From an uncultured cyanobacterium (GTDB taxonomy: Bacteria; Cyanobacteriota; Cyanobacteriia; Phormidesmidales; Phormidesmidaceae): 64,000 nucleotides of DNA. The notes beneath the pieces are model-generated. The model did not search any database. It saw nothing but the letters and a program-made list of their open reading frames with translations, and was not told where the DNA came from. Shown one piece after another: positions 22,242-33,014 of this stretch (the stretch's first letter is position 1; every line of letters starts with the position of its first letter). The stretch spans positions 128,001 to 192,000 of the forward strand of contig CAWBZI010000002.1 of assembly GCA_963793265.1 (NCBI GenBank), written 5' to 3'. The translations under genes and the position numbers were made by a program.

Positions 22242-23297
22242 ATGGCAATCTCTCTTATAAACACTTCTCACTTACGCCTCTCTTTACCTGAACCCCTCTG
22301 GCTAGAGCCGGAATATTTTGAGCAAGCAAACGCAGACAGTGAACATCTGCGAAGCGAGCCTGATAGGTGGAAAGCCTACCTTAACAGCTTGAGCCTGTCT
22401 GCCTTTGAAGCTTGGGCTAAAGAGAATCTTCCGGCTGCGACTATCCGAGCGATCGCACCCCAAACAGCAGCGACCAGACATTTCAATAGGCATCTCAACA
22501 TAGAAGGCTTTAAAACATGCTTGATAACAACTGAGCACGTTCTAGACGAGACGATAAGATTCCCCGAGAGCATTATCCAACAGCCTGAGCTAGCAGCGCA
22601 TCTCTATGTTGTCATCGAAGTTTTAGAAGAACAGCAGGAAGCCGTCATAAGAGGCTTCTTACGCTATGACGAACTCATACAGCAGCTTAGCCGGGTTACC
22701 CAGCCGTCTGCCTCCCAAGCGTCTGACCAACGACTGCTGCCCCTGTCGCTTTGGGATCAGGAGATCAATCACCTTCTAGGCTACGTTCAGTATTCTCATC
22801 CGAGCACCGTTCAGCTACCAGAAGCAGCCGTCCAGCCAGCCGCCGCTGCTACCAAAGAGAGCATTTTCACTCGATTAAGCCAGTGGTTAGACAACGCCTT
22901 AACGGGAGAATGGCAGTCGATCAATCGACTGATTAATCCACAGGCAAGTTTAGCTTGGAACGCTCGCCAAAACACACTGGGTACGAAAGGTGGCAAACTG
23001 CTTAACTTAGGAATGCAGATAGATCAGCACCCAGTTGCGCTAATTATTACAGTGGTTCCTGAAGAGGAGAGGATTGGGGTTAATGTTCAGGTTTTGCCGA
23101 CAGGAGAAGACTTGGTTTTGCCAATGGGCCTAACGGTGACGCTGCGATCTAGTGCAGACGTGGTTTTGCAGACGGTGACGGCTAGAGCGCAGGATAATTA
23201 CATTCAGCTCAGGCCGTTTAGAGGTAACCCTGGCATTCGCTTTGTCGTGGAAGTTGTGCTGAATGGCGTTACAGTAAGCGAAGCGTTTGAGCTGTAG
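22242..23297 (+). CDS. DUF1822 family protein
   Basis: W.AYLN.L, AAHLYVVIEV.EE..IRGF, LSQWL....W, KLLNLG, LP.GL..L, DNYIQL..F.G..G..F.V.V. Confidence 0.85.
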   Translation: MAISLINTSHLRLSLPEPLWLEPEYFEQANADSEHLRSEPDRWKAYLNSLSLSAFEAWAKENLPAATIRAIAPQTAATRHFNRHLNIEGFKTCLITTEHVLDETIRFPESIIQQPELAAHLYVVIEVLEEQQEAVIRGFLRYDELIQQLSRVTQPSASQASDQRLLPLSLWDQEINHLLGYVQYSHPSTVQLPEAAVQPAAAATKESIFTRLSQWLDNALTGEWQSINRLINPQASLAWNARQNTLGTKGGKLLNLGMQIDQHPVALIITVVPEEERIGVNVQVLPTGEDLVLPMGLTVTLRSSADVVLQTVTARAQDNYIQLRPFRGNPGIRFVVEVVLNGVTVSEAFEL

Positions 23298-23298
23298 G

Positions 23299-26200
23299 GT
23301 GGATAAAACAGTTGTTATTAACTTAGGAAAGGGTTCTCTTAAGCAAGGCTTTCCTCATATCACGGCTCGCCTATCTGTGGGCAAGCGATCGCAGACCGAA
23401 CAGAGAGTGGGTAGCCTGCCACCTGCACCTGCACTTATAGAAATCTACCGTATTTGGCAGTCTACTTATCGAGCGCTGTCTAACCGATTGAAGCTGCGAT
23501 CGCCTTCTAAAAACCAAGCTCAAAAGCCATCAGAAGACGAGCTGGAAATAGACCCAGTTGGCATCACCCAAGTATCCCAGCAGAGCTTTGAAGCGCTGAG
23601 CGGGCAGCTTAAGCAGGCCGTGAATGACTGGCTTGATGCCGATGGACTGCGGGTGTTAGAACAAGGGTTGCGATCGCAGCTAAACCCCACCGACACCATT
23701 CGAGTCATCTTTGAAACCGACAATGACTTACTTAGGCGTTTGCCCTGGCACTGCTGGGATTTCTTTCAAGACTACCCTCATGCCGAAATGGCGCTAAGCC
23801 AGCTTACGTACCAGCGAGCAGAGCCCATCCACGCTCAGCGACAGCAGGAACAAGTTAGAATTCTAGCTATTGTTGGCGACCGTCGAGGCATTGATATAGA
23901 GCCAGAGCGCCTGGCCCTTCAATCCCTACCAGATGCTGATATCACCTTTTTAGCGAGCCCTTCTCGTCAGCTATTTGACAGGCACCTGTGGGATAAACGC
24001 GGCTGGGATATTCTCTTTTTTGCAGGCCATAGCCAAACAGAGGGCCAAACCGGGCGGCTGTATATTAACGAGGATGATGTTCATAACAGCTTGACGGTTG
24101 AACAGTTAGAGGAAGGATTGAAGGGGGCGATCGCTCGTGGCCTACAGCTTGCTATTTTCAATTCCTGTGATGGGGTGGGCCTAGCTCAAGCGATCGCCCA
24201 GCTACAGATTCCTCAAGTCATTGTAATGCGAGAGCCCGTGCCCAACCGGGTAGCGCAGACCTTCTTACAGTATTTTTTGACGGCTTTTGCAACTGAGAGT
24301 CTTACTTTATATTCAGCCGTACGGCAGGCCAGAAGACAGCTACAAGGATTAGAGAACGAATTTCCAGGAGCCTCTTGGCTGCCAGTACTGTGTCAAAATC
24401 CTGCTGCTGAGCCGTTTTCATGGCTTCAACTGGGCGGCGCTTCAGCGTGTCCTTACCGAGGACTATCCACTTTTAAAGAAGCAGACGCTCATCTTTTTTT
24501 TGGGAGAGAAAAGGTAAAAGAAGATCTTTTGCTAGCGGTCACGCAGCAGCCGTTTGTTGCAATCGCCGGGCCTTCTGGCAGCGGTAAATCTTCTGTTGTG
24601 TTTGCAGGGCTGCTACCCCGATTAGAACAAACTCGTAAAGACTGGCAGATCGTTTCTACTCGCCCCGGCAGCGATCCTTTTCAAAGCTTAGCCGAGGCTT
24701 TAGGCTCAACAGGCAGTGAAGGAAACGCTGCCGAACAGTCACGGTTAAAGGTACTAAAATTAGCCGTTAGCTTTCAACAAGATGAACAGGCGTTGCAGAA
24801 TGCGATCGCTGATCAAAATCAACAGAAGAAAGGCCGATTGCTGTTAATCATCGATCAGTTTGAAGAACTCTATACGCTTTGCCCCTTTGAAGAGCGACAG
24901 CCTTTTGTAAATTTGTTATTGAATGCCGTGCAGTTCGCGCCCGCTTTCACCCTGCTCATAACTTTGCGCGCAGACTTCTATGGTGAAGCCCTGAGCGATC
25001 GCCGCTTAAGTGATGCCTTGCAAGCTGGTGGATACAACCTGGGGCCGATGAATAAGGCAGAGTTGGAATGTGCGATCACCCAGCCCGCTGCTAAAAAGCG
25101 AGTGACCCTAGAGCCTGGCCTTACCGATCAGCTTATTCAGGCAACCGCTAGTCAGACCGGACGCCTGCCACTGCTAGAATTTACGCTCACCGAGCTGTGG
25201 AAGCAACAGCAAAATAGTTGTTTAACCCATCAGGCTTATCAGGCAATCGGTGGCATAGAAAAAGCGCTGGCCAATCATGCCGAGGCCGTTTATGAAAAGC
25301 TGCCTTCAGGCGATCAGCAGCGCGTACAGCAGATTTTTGTGCAGCTCGTCGAACCTGGTCATAACAACCAGGCCACTCGCCGCATTGCTAGCCGGGATGA
25401 GGTCGGTGATAGCAACTGGAATTTAGTCTCAGAGCTAGCATCCGCTCGGCTAGTGGTTACCAATCGCAATCCGCTGACTGAGAAAGAGAGCGTTGAGATT
25501 ATTCATGAGGCTTTGATTTTAAGCTGGGGTCGCCTGCGCTATTGGATGCAGGTAGACGGAGATTTTCGGCGCTGGCAGGAAGCGCTGCGGCAGGCTAGAA
25601 GACAGTGGGAGAAAAGCGAAAGAGAAGAAGCCGGACTGTTGAGGGGTAGATCGCTTGAGACTGCAAAAGATTGGTACGAGCGTCGCTCAGACGAGCTGAG
25701 TACAGCAGATAGGGCGTTCATCGAAAGCAGTTTAGCGGCTCAGCAAAAGCTAAAGGTGCAACAAAAGCGTCGTCGGAGCCTAACGTTAAGTGCGCTATGT
25801 GCAGGACTAGCCATCACCTCCGCCCTGGCGGCTGTTGCCTGGTGGGGAAGCCGACGCGCTCAAATCAGTGAAGTAAGCGCTATTACAGCTTCATCGAACG
25901 CTCTTTTTGCGTCGGATCAGCGCTTAGACTCGCTTGTTTTGGCCCTGCAAGCTGCGCAAAAGCTGGACAATTTAAGGTGGGTAGGGCGTGAGACTCGCCG
26001 AGACGTTGAAACAGTTCTTCGCCAGGCCATCTCTCAAGCTGACGAGAGAAATCGCTTGATCTCTCATCAGGCGGGGGCTACTGCAGTTGTTTTTAGTCCA
26101 AACGGACAGCTCATCGCTTCAGCAAGCCAGGAGGGCACGATAAAGCTGTGGCAATCAGACGGCACCTTGTTAGCAACCCTGGAAGGCCATAGCTCAGAAA

Positions 26201-27870
26201 TTTGGGGATTGGCAATTAGCCCGGATGGTCAAACGCTCGCTTCTGCTAGCGATGATAGAACGGTCAAGCTATGGAAGACGGACGGTACTCTAATGGAGAC
26301 GCTTACGGGTCATACCGCAGCAGTCAACGCGATCGCCTTCAGTCCAAACGGAAAGCTAATGGCGGCTGCGAGCCAGGATGGGTTTGTTCAACTTTGGCAG
26401 CGCAACGGTAAATTGATTAGGCGGTTTGAGGCGCATAAGCAGGTGAAAATAGATGCGATCGCCTTTAGCCCTGATGGTCAAAGTCTCGTAACTGGCGGCG
26501 GTGACGGACTTATCAAGCTGTGGAATCCTATGGGTGCGCTACAAAAGGTGCTTGAAGGTCATACCGATAGCGTTCGAGATCTTGCATTTAGCCCGGATGG
26601 TGAAACGCTTGCTTCTGCTGCAGCAGACGGGCTTGCGCAGCTTTGGAATATAAAGGATGGTTCCAGGCAGGTTTTAGAGGAACACTACAATACGGTGTAT
26701 GCGATCGCCTTTAGCCCAAACGGCCAGCGCATTATCTCTGCTAGCGACGATACAACCCTGCGCCTCTGGAAACGCGATGGCACTTTGCTATCTATTTTTA
26801 GGGGTCACAGCAACGGCGTTACCGACAGTGCCTTTAGTCCCGATGGGCAAACGGTAGCCTCAGCCAGCTTCGATGGCACCGTTAGACTTTGGCAGTGGCA
26901 CAATCCCCTACTCACCGTTTTAGACAGTCACAAAGATACGGTCTTAGACGTCGCCTTTAGTCCTAACAATCAGCTAGTTGCTTCCGGCAGCGCAGACAGT
27001 ACGGTTAAGCTATGGAACCCCAACGGCATGCTAATTCAAACGCTGAGAGGCCATACGGACACAGTATACGGCCTCACTTTCAGTCCAAACGGCCAGTTTA
27101 TCGCTTCCGCCAGCAAAGACAAAAGCGTTCGGCTTTGGCAGTCAGACGGCACGCCAATCTCCACGCTTACAGGCCATACGGACTGGGTTACCGACGTTGC
27201 CATAAGCCCTAATAGCCAAACAATTGCCTCGGCTAGTGACGATGGCACTGTCAAACTATGGCAGCGTAACGGTGAGCTAATCACCATATTAAACGGACAT
27301 ACCGAAGGCGTAAACGCGGTTGCGTTTAGCCCAGACGGCCAGATCATTGCTTCAACCAGTGATGATAGAACTATTCGCCTCTGGCGGTCTGACGGCACTA
27401 GCATTGCAACACTAGAAGGACACACCGCAGGCGTCAACGGCATTGCTTTCAGCCCAAATGGTCAGATCATCGCCTCGGCCAGTGATGATAGAACCATTCG
27501 GCTCTGGCAACCAGACGGTACTTTTATCACCGCTCTAGAGGAGCATCAGAATGCTGTTATTGACGTTGCCTTCAGCCCAGACAATAAGCGAATCGCTTCG
27601 AGTAGTGCAGACGAAACCGTTCGGCTATGGGAGCCAGACGGATCTTTGCTAACGACTTTTACCGGCTACCGGAGCGGTATAAACGGTCTTGCCTTCAGCC
27701 CCAATGGTGAGAAACTAGCAACGACTACTGTAGATACAACAGTTTCAATATGGGCGTTAGAACCTGGAATGCGCTCAAGTGCCCTGTTGGAAATAGGCTG
27801 TCAGCAGGTAGCGGATTATCTAAAGAGCAATCGCGCGCTAGCGCACGCTGAGATAACTGTTTGCGACTAG
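23299..27870 (+). CDS. CHAT-STAND NTPase-TM-WD40 protein
   Basis: GTG 23299; FFAGHS/FNSCDG; CPYRGL; GPSGSGKSS; IDQFEE; LPLLEF; IHEALI; about 14 WD40 repeats. Confidence 0.92.
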   Translation: MDKTVVINLGKGSLKQGFPHITARLSVGKRSQTEQRVGSLPPAPALIEIYRIWQSTYRALSNRLKLRSPSKNQAQKPSEDELEIDPVGITQVSQQSFEALSGQLKQAVNDWLDADGLRVLEQGLRSQLNPTDTIRVIFETDNDLLRRLPWHCWDFFQDYPHAEMALSQLTYQRAEPIHAQRQQEQVRILAIVGDRRGIDIEPERLALQSLPDADITFLASPSRQLFDRHLWDKRGWDILFFAGHSQTEGQTGRLYINEDDVHNSLTVEQLEEGLKGAIARGLQLAIFNSCDGVGLAQAIAQLQIPQVIVMREPVPNRVAQTFLQYFLTAFATESLTLYSAVRQARRQLQGLENEFPGASWLPVLCQNPAAEPFSWLQLGGASACPYRGLSTFKEADAHLFFGREKVKEDLLLAVTQQPFVAIAGPSGSGKSSVVFAGLLPRLEQTRKDWQIVSTRPGSDPFQSLAEALGSTGSEGNAAEQSRLKVLKLAVSFQQDEQALQNAIADQNQQKKGRLLLIIDQFEELYTLCPFEERQPFVNLLLNAVQFAPAFTLLITLRADFYGEALSDRRLSDALQAGGYNLGPMNKAELECAITQPAAKKRVTLEPGLTDQLIQATASQTGRLPLLEFTLTELWKQQQNSCLTHQAYQAIGGIEKALANHAEAVYEKLPSGDQQRVQQIFVQLVEPGHNNQATRRIASRDEVGDSNWNLVSELASARLVVTNRNPLTEKESVEIIHEALILSWGRLRYWMQVDGDFRRWQEALRQARRQWEKSEREEAGLLRGRSLETAKDWYERRSDELSTADRAFIESSLAAQQKLKVQQKRRRSLTLSALCAGLAITSALAAVAWWGSRRAQISEVSAITASSNALFASDQRLDSLVLALQAAQKLDNLRWVGRETRRDVETVLRQAISQADERNRLISHQAGATAVVFSPNGQLIASASQEGTIKLWQSDGTLLATLEGHSSEIWGLAISPDGQTLASASDDRTVKLWKTDGTLMETLTGHTAAVNAIAFSPNGKLMAAASQDGFVQLWQRNGKLIRRFEAHKQVKIDAIAFSPDGQSLVTGGGDGLIKLWNPMGALQKVLEGHTDSVRDLAFSPDGETLASAAADGLAQLWNIKDGSRQVLEEHYNTVYAIAFSPNGQRIISASDDTTLRLWKRDGTLLSIFRGHSNGVTDSAFSPDGQTVASASFDGTVRLWQWHNPLLTVLDSHKDTVLDVAFSPNNQLVASGSADSTVKLWNPNGMLIQTLRGHTDTVYGLTFSPNGQFIASASKDKSVRLWQSDGTPISTLTGHTDWVTDVAISPNSQTIASASDDGTVKLWQRNGELITILNGHTEGVNAVAFSPDGQIIASTSDDRTIRLWRSDGTSIATLEGHTAGVNGIAFSPNGQIIASASDDRTIRLWQPDGTFITALEEHQNAVIDVAFSPDNKRIASSSADETVRLWEPDGSLLTTFTGYRSGINGLAFSPNGEKLATTTVDTTVSIWALEPGMRSSALLEIGCQQVADYLKSNRALAHAEITVCD

Positions 27871-27949
27871 CCCACAGGTGTAACTTGCGATCGCTGCATA
27901 ATTTCTGCTACGCATAGCTGAGTAGTTAATAACGCTTACTAAAAAAACG

Positions 27950-28705
27950 ATGAAAATACTTGGACTGATGGGATTACTCCTCGGCAGCCTCACCGTAGCA
28001 CCTGCGGCACAAGCTGCACGCTTAACGCTGGATTTCGACGCTTTTATTCCCACTGAGCGAGTCGCAAATCCGGCAGTAGACCTGCTGCCACCTTTCTTTA
28101 CAGAATTTGTAGGAGACAATAGAGGCTTCAGCCTAGAAGCTACTCGAAACGGTCAATCTCGTCTGTTTTCACAGGTTGTAATAGACACACAGAGCCCAGA
28201 TCTTATTGTCAGCAGCTTTGCAGAAGCTGGCACAAGCGTTGGATTTTTAGAACAAAATGGAGTAGAAGTTTCGCAGTCTGATAAGACAACGCCAGTTAGT
28301 AGCTTCGAGGCGACGAGAGTAGGCGAGAATAGTATCAAGCTTAAAGTCGCTGCGCAGGCTACCAATCCGCTGATTGAAAAATTCCTACCCCCAGATATAG
28401 AAACCACACCCGCTGAGTTCATTTACGATATCGATCTAACGCTATCTGACGACGGCATTATCTACGATTTAACGGGCACAAACCGGGCGTATCCAAACTA
28501 CTCTGTTTTCTTGAATGGAGAGCCTATTTTACTAAACCCAACTGACGATGTTAACAATCCTGAACTGCTAAACGTTATCGAGTCGGTTCAAGCTAGTGGA
28601 AAGGTTTCTGTAGCTGCTGTAAATGAGCCCAGTAGTTTACTCGGGTTAGGACTAATCGCTATAGCCGTTTTGCTATGGAACTTAAGGTCAGTGGCGGCAG
28701 CATAA
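27950..28705 (+). CDS. Secreted PEP-CTERM-like protein
   Basis: Signal peptide (..APAAQA); C-terminal VNEPSSLLGLGLIAIAVLLW TM segment. Confidence 0.75.
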   Translation: MKILGLMGLLLGSLTVAPAAQAARLTLDFDAFIPTERVANPAVDLLPPFFTEFVGDNRGFSLEATRNGQSRLFSQVVIDTQSPDLIVSSFAEAGTSVGFLEQNGVEVSQSDKTTPVSSFEATRVGENSIKLKVAAQATNPLIEKFLPPDIETTPAEFIYDIDLTLSDDGIIYDLTGTNRAYPNYSVFLNGEPILLNPTDDVNNPELLNVIESVQASGKVSVAAVNEPSSLLGLGLIAIAVLLWNLRSVAAA

Positions 28706-28720
28706 CGGCGACGGCTTCTC

Positions 28721-29785
28721 TTATTTTTGTTTCTTCAGCATAAGCAAACCCAACAAACCGCCAAATATACCCGCTACCGAAAACGGCTCAGGCACAGATT
28801 GAGCACTCTCTGCTGCCAGTTGTCCTTCTACACGAATAACAACAGGATCTGTGCTCGCACCAGACTCAAACACATAATCAAGCGCTGCTTGATCGCCCTG
28901 AATCGTGCCGCTTAGAAATAGGCCGCTCCACCTCGCGACCGTCTCGATAGAAGCCTGCTGCGAAACTGTCTGTAGATTAGAATCTGGAATTGCTCCATCC
29001 GGCACATTGACGTCTGTGATGCCAAAATGGTTAACACCGTCAAGCTCAATCAGCGCCTTAGGTGGCGTTTGAATTTGCGCGAACGTGCGCTCAGCATTAG
29101 CCGGTAGCGCTCGCCCGTCTTGATTGCCTTGAATTAGTGCAACGCCGATACCCTCTTTGTCGATAGGAAAGAAAACATCGTTTCCATCGCGTAGGTTGGC
29201 ACCAAAAAAAGCGCCGCTTACCAGCGCGTCGGGCCGAACAAAAGGCGCTGAGCAAAGTCCGGGAGCACAAATCTCGCCAATCGTAGATAGACCAACCGCA
29301 CCGCCGAGAGAATGGCCTAAAAGTCCAAACTTCTCGGTATCGACTTTTCCACTCAAAGGTGAAGTAGGGCTGTTTGACTCAAAGATAAATTGGTCTAAAC
29401 CGGCTTGAACCTGAGATGTATCAGGCGCTAGAACATCGCCTAGCCCAGGAATAGATTGGACGTGGTTAGGCACAGAGACTGCGAAGCCGTATTGCGCAAC
29501 CTGGCTCGCGTAGTCAGCATAAAAGCCTTTATCAACCAGTGCACCTTGAAGAAGTAAAACAGCAGGCAAATCGTCTACAGCCCTACCGTCATCAAGCGTT
29601 GGGAAGTAGATATCTGTGGCGTTACCGCTGTTAGGGTTGGTGGCAGTGTAGCTGTCGAAGCTATTGTATGGGCGAGTTGGAGGGGAGGCGATCGCAGGTG
29701 CCGCGCCAGCTTGAACGACTGCAAGTGAGATACCCGCAATAAAAAGAGATGGTCGGTTGAGAAATCTTAGGTTTGAGGTCAGCAT
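28721..29785 (-). CDS. Chlorophyllase/cutinase-like alpha/beta hydrolase with PEP-CTERM
   Basis: Signal peptide, GHSLGG, GVNHFG, VPEPFSVAGIFGGLLGLLMLKKQK. Confidence 0.82.
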   Translation of the reverse strand: MLTSNLRFLNRPSLFIAGISLAVVQAGAAPAIASPPTRPYNSFDSYTATNPNSGNATDIYFPTLDDGRAVDDLPAVLLLQGALVDKGFYADYASQVAQYGFAVSVPNHVQSIPGLGDVLAPDTSQVQAGLDQFIFESNSPTSPLSGKVDTEKFGLLGHSLGGAVGLSTIGEICAPGLCSAPFVRPDALVSGAFFGANLRDGNDVFFPIDKEGIGVALIQGNQDGRALPANAERTFAQIQTPPKALIELDGVNHFGITDVNVPDGAIPDSNLQTVSQQASIETVARWSGLFLSGTIQGDQAALDYVFESGASTDPVVIRVEGQLAAESAQSVPEPFSVAGIFGGLLGLLMLKKQK

Positions 29786-29826
29786 GGTTCGCGGGTGTTT
29801 GAATAAGTACTCAGCTAAATGCAATA

Positions 29827-29910
29827 GAAATTATGCACGACTCGAAAATAAGTATAAATATAACAACGAATGTCTGTGTAATTGACTATTTGTTTCTATT
29901 CTGATTAAGT
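29827..29910 (+). promoter_or_regulatory. Conserved upstream/promoter element, copy 2
   Basis: Colinear with 507-591. Confidence 0.7.
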
Positions 29911-29973
29911 CTATACGTGCGTCATCACCATTTTCATTAGTTGCAAGATAAATTGCCGACAAGAGTAATTTTT

Positions 29974-32900
29974 ATGCGTCATATTCGGCGGAAAGCTAGG
30001 CTGGCAATAGTGATAGCTGGCATACTATTTCCTTGGATGGGTTCAGTCTCAGCACAGTTGATGCCAATTCCTGACGACACGTTAGGAGAGGAGTCTTCTA
30101 CGCTCAGACCTATCAGTCCCGACTATCCTGGTGATGTTATTGAAGGCGGATCGAGGCAGGGAAATACTTTGTTTCACAGCTTTGAAGCATTTCACGTTGA
30201 AGCAGGTCGGGCCATCTATTTTGACGATCCTGGCGTAGACAATATCTTAAGTAGGGTAACTGGCGGTGTTGAATCGCAGATTCTAGGATTGCTAGGCGTT
30301 TTTGGCGATGCCGATCTTTTCCTTATCAATCCGAACGGTATCATTTTTGGCAGAAGCGCCCGGTTAGATTTAAGGGGCGGCTCTCTTTTGGCAACCACTG
30401 CTGATGCTGTTGAACTTAATATCATCGACACTGGCCTTCCTAACGAACCGAGGCTGACGATTTGGCCCTCTGCATTTCTGTTCAATCAGGCGAATCCTGC
30501 GGCAATTGTTAATAATTCTCGAACGTTACCACCGACGGGCTTAGACAGTGCTCCTGGTGGCGGGCTGCGCGTGACAGATGGCGAGCGCATAACGCTGCTA
30601 GGCGGAAATGTCAGCCTGGATGGAGGCGGACTAAGTGCCTTGGGTGGACGCATGGAGATGGGTGGTATTAGCAAGCCGGGAGCAGTCACGTTTAATAGAA
30701 ATGGCGGCTTGGAATTTCCATCGGGTATTGCCCGAGCGGACGTATCAATCGCCAACGGCTCCCGTTTAGTTGCGTCAGATTTTACGATTAGCGGCGGTAG
30801 TGTGGCAGTGACGGCTCACACGCTAGAGATTCTGAACGGTAGCGGCGTATCAGCAGGAACAGTTGGCGAATCCGAACTCGTAGGAGGCCAATCTGGAGAT
30901 ATCACACTCGATGCTAGCCAGATTCGAGTGGTTGACTCTACTATTGATAACATTGTTCGGAGCCGTAGTGGAGATGGCGGCAATGTTTTAATTACAACAG
31001 ATGATTTTTTTGTGTCTGGTCGCGGTGGTAGTGGTGTGCAGTCAACGCTTTTGGGTGCGGGCAGTGCAGGCCGAGTTGAGATTAATGCGCGCGATCGCAT
31101 CACCATGGATGGCGGTATTGTCTTTAGTAATCTTGGCGGTAGTGATAGAACGCTGATTGCAACAGGCAGCGCTGGCAACATCGAGATAACAACGCTGGTA
31201 CTGCTACTAAAGAACGGTGCGCAGCTAGCGTCCGGCACCTTTGGTCGAGGTGACGCGGGCGATGTGATTATCAATGCCCCTGAGAGCGTTACGTTAGAGA
31301 ACAGTGCTGTTTTCAGCGGTGTGTTCACTAACCAGGCGGGTATTGCCGCTACTGGTGACGGTGGCAATATTCAAATTACAACCTCTGTGCTGTCGCTGAC
31401 CGATGTTGCTCAGCTCTCTTCTAGAACCGATGGCGTAGGAAACGCTGGCAATATCCAAATGACGACAACTTCTCTGTCACTCAATAACGATGCGCGTGTC
31501 TTTGCAGATACGAGAGGTAGAGGAGATGGTGGTGATATTACAATTGAGACTCAAGATCGTACTATTCTTGATCAAAGTGGCATCGTGAGCAGCCTCGGGC
31601 AACTGTCAGAAAGCACAATATTTTTAGGCAGTGCGGACGATGCTCGTAGTGCAGGCAACGTTCAAATTACAACAGGTTCGCTGGATATCGTTAATGGCGC
31701 GCAGCTCCAACTGACGACGAGCGGACGGGGTAATGCTGGTGATGTGGCTATTCGGGCTCGCGATTATATTTCTATAGACGGCGCATTATTAAATGACCCG
31801 CGATTCTCTAGCGCGATCCTCGCTTCTACCGATGCAGAGGCTCAGGGGCGTGGAGGAAATGTCAGCCTAATGGCTGATTCGGTTCGTCTATCTGATAACG
31901 GCGTTATTTCTACGACGACTTCTAATCGCTTTCCAGGTGGAAACGTCACGGTTGATGCCAACAGTCTTGAACTTGCAGGCGGTGGACAAATTGAGACTGG
32001 AACTAGAGGTGATGGACGCGCAGGCAACATCGACCTAGAGATTGCTAGTCAAACCATTCTGACCGGCACCAGCGCCGCTAGAATTGACAACGGTCTATCA
32101 TTTTTCAGCGGTTTATTCGCAAATACTGCCCAAAACTCGGCTGGTGTTGGGGGTACGGTGCGACTGGCTACCCAAGATTTACAGGTGCTAGACCAGGCCA
32201 GGATAGAGGTAGATAGTCAGGGTCGCGGCACGGCTGGCAATATGGCGATCGCAGCGAATACAGTACGTTTAGACAACGGGCGGCTCACTGCCGAAACCGC
32301 ATCGGTGAATGGCGGTAACATTGCGTTAGAGAATCTTGATGTCTTGCTGTTGCGCAACGGCAGCTTAATCTCAACAACAGCAGGAACAGATGGCGCAGGT
32401 GGAAACGGTGGCAATATTGACATTGAGTCAGCGACAATTGTCTCCGTTTCTGGCGAAAACAACGACATTCTAGCCAATGCATTCAGCGGCAGCGGCGGCA
32501 ACGTTCGCATTGACACTTCAGGGCTGATTGGTATCGCCGCTCAATCTCAAGATAACCTGCTCACGAATGACATCACAGCAAGCTCAGAGCAGGGCATTCA
32601 AGGAACGGTAGATGTTGCTACGCCAGAGACTGATCTTAGAAGCGGCCTAGCTGAACTGCCGGTTGCTTTTACAGATGTCTCTAACCAAATTACTCAGACC
32701 TGTTCTGGCAACAGAGACGGGCAGGATAGTGAATTTGTAGTGACAGGGCGGGGGGGACTGCCGCAAAGTCCTGTCGATGCGCTAGTAGGCAATATGCCCG
32801 CGTCAGAATGGGCCACACTAGACGAATCTGTAGAAGCAACAGATTCGATTTCGAGCGCGCTACCTGACCCTACGCTTGCTACACCAAACGGCATTGTAGA

Positions 32901-32991
32901 AGCGCAGGGTTGGGTAAGAGAGAATGGCAGAGTAAAGCTAGTTGCAGCTTCGCCTACAAGCGCTGTTCAAACGGCTGTGGCTTGTCAGTAA
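29974..32991 (+). CDS. Filamentous haemagglutinin-family (TPS-domain) exoprotein
   Basis: LFHSF..F, NILSRVTGG, LINPNGIIFG, G.GG.I.I beta-helix repeats, FVVTGRGGLP, IVEAQGW. Confidence 0.92.
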   Translation: MRHIRRKARLAIVIAGILFPWMGSVSAQLMPIPDDTLGEESSTLRPISPDYPGDVIEGGSRQGNTLFHSFEAFHVEAGRAIYFDDPGVDNILSRVTGGVESQILGLLGVFGDADLFLINPNGIIFGRSARLDLRGGSLLATTADAVELNIIDTGLPNEPRLTIWPSAFLFNQANPAAIVNNSRTLPPTGLDSAPGGGLRVTDGERITLLGGNVSLDGGGLSALGGRMEMGGISKPGAVTFNRNGGLEFPSGIARADVSIANGSRLVASDFTISGGSVAVTAHTLEILNGSGVSAGTVGESELVGGQSGDITLDASQIRVVDSTIDNIVRSRSGDGGNVLITTDDFFVSGRGGSGVQSTLLGAGSAGRVEINARDRITMDGGIVFSNLGGSDRTLIATGSAGNIEITTLVLLLKNGAQLASGTFGRGDAGDVIINAPESVTLENSAVFSGVFTNQAGIAATGDGGNIQITTSVLSLTDVAQLSSRTDGVGNAGNIQMTTTSLSLNNDARVFADTRGRGDGGDITIETQDRTILDQSGIVSSLGQLSESTIFLGSADDARSAGNVQITTGSLDIVNGAQLQLTTSGRGNAGDVAIRARDYISIDGALLNDPRFSSAILASTDAEAQGRGGNVSLMADSVRLSDNGVISTTTSNRFPGGNVTVDANSLELAGGGQIETGTRGDGRAGNIDLEIASQTILTGTSAARIDNGLSFFSGLFANTAQNSAGVGGTVRLATQDLQVLDQARIEVDSQGRGTAGNMAIAANTVRLDNGRLTAETASVNGGNIALENLDVLLLRNGSLISTTAGTDGAGGNGGNIDIESATIVSVSGENNDILANAFSGSGGNVRIDTSGLIGIAAQSQDNLLTNDITASSEQGIQGTVDVATPETDLRSGLAELPVAFTDVSNQITQTCSGNRDGQDSEFVVTGRGGLPQSPVDALVGNMPASEWATLDESVEATDSISSALPDPTLATPNGIVEAQGWVRENGRVKLVAASPTSAVQTAVACQ

Positions 32992-33014
32992 GCGGTAGAT
33001 GAACAGTATGAGCA

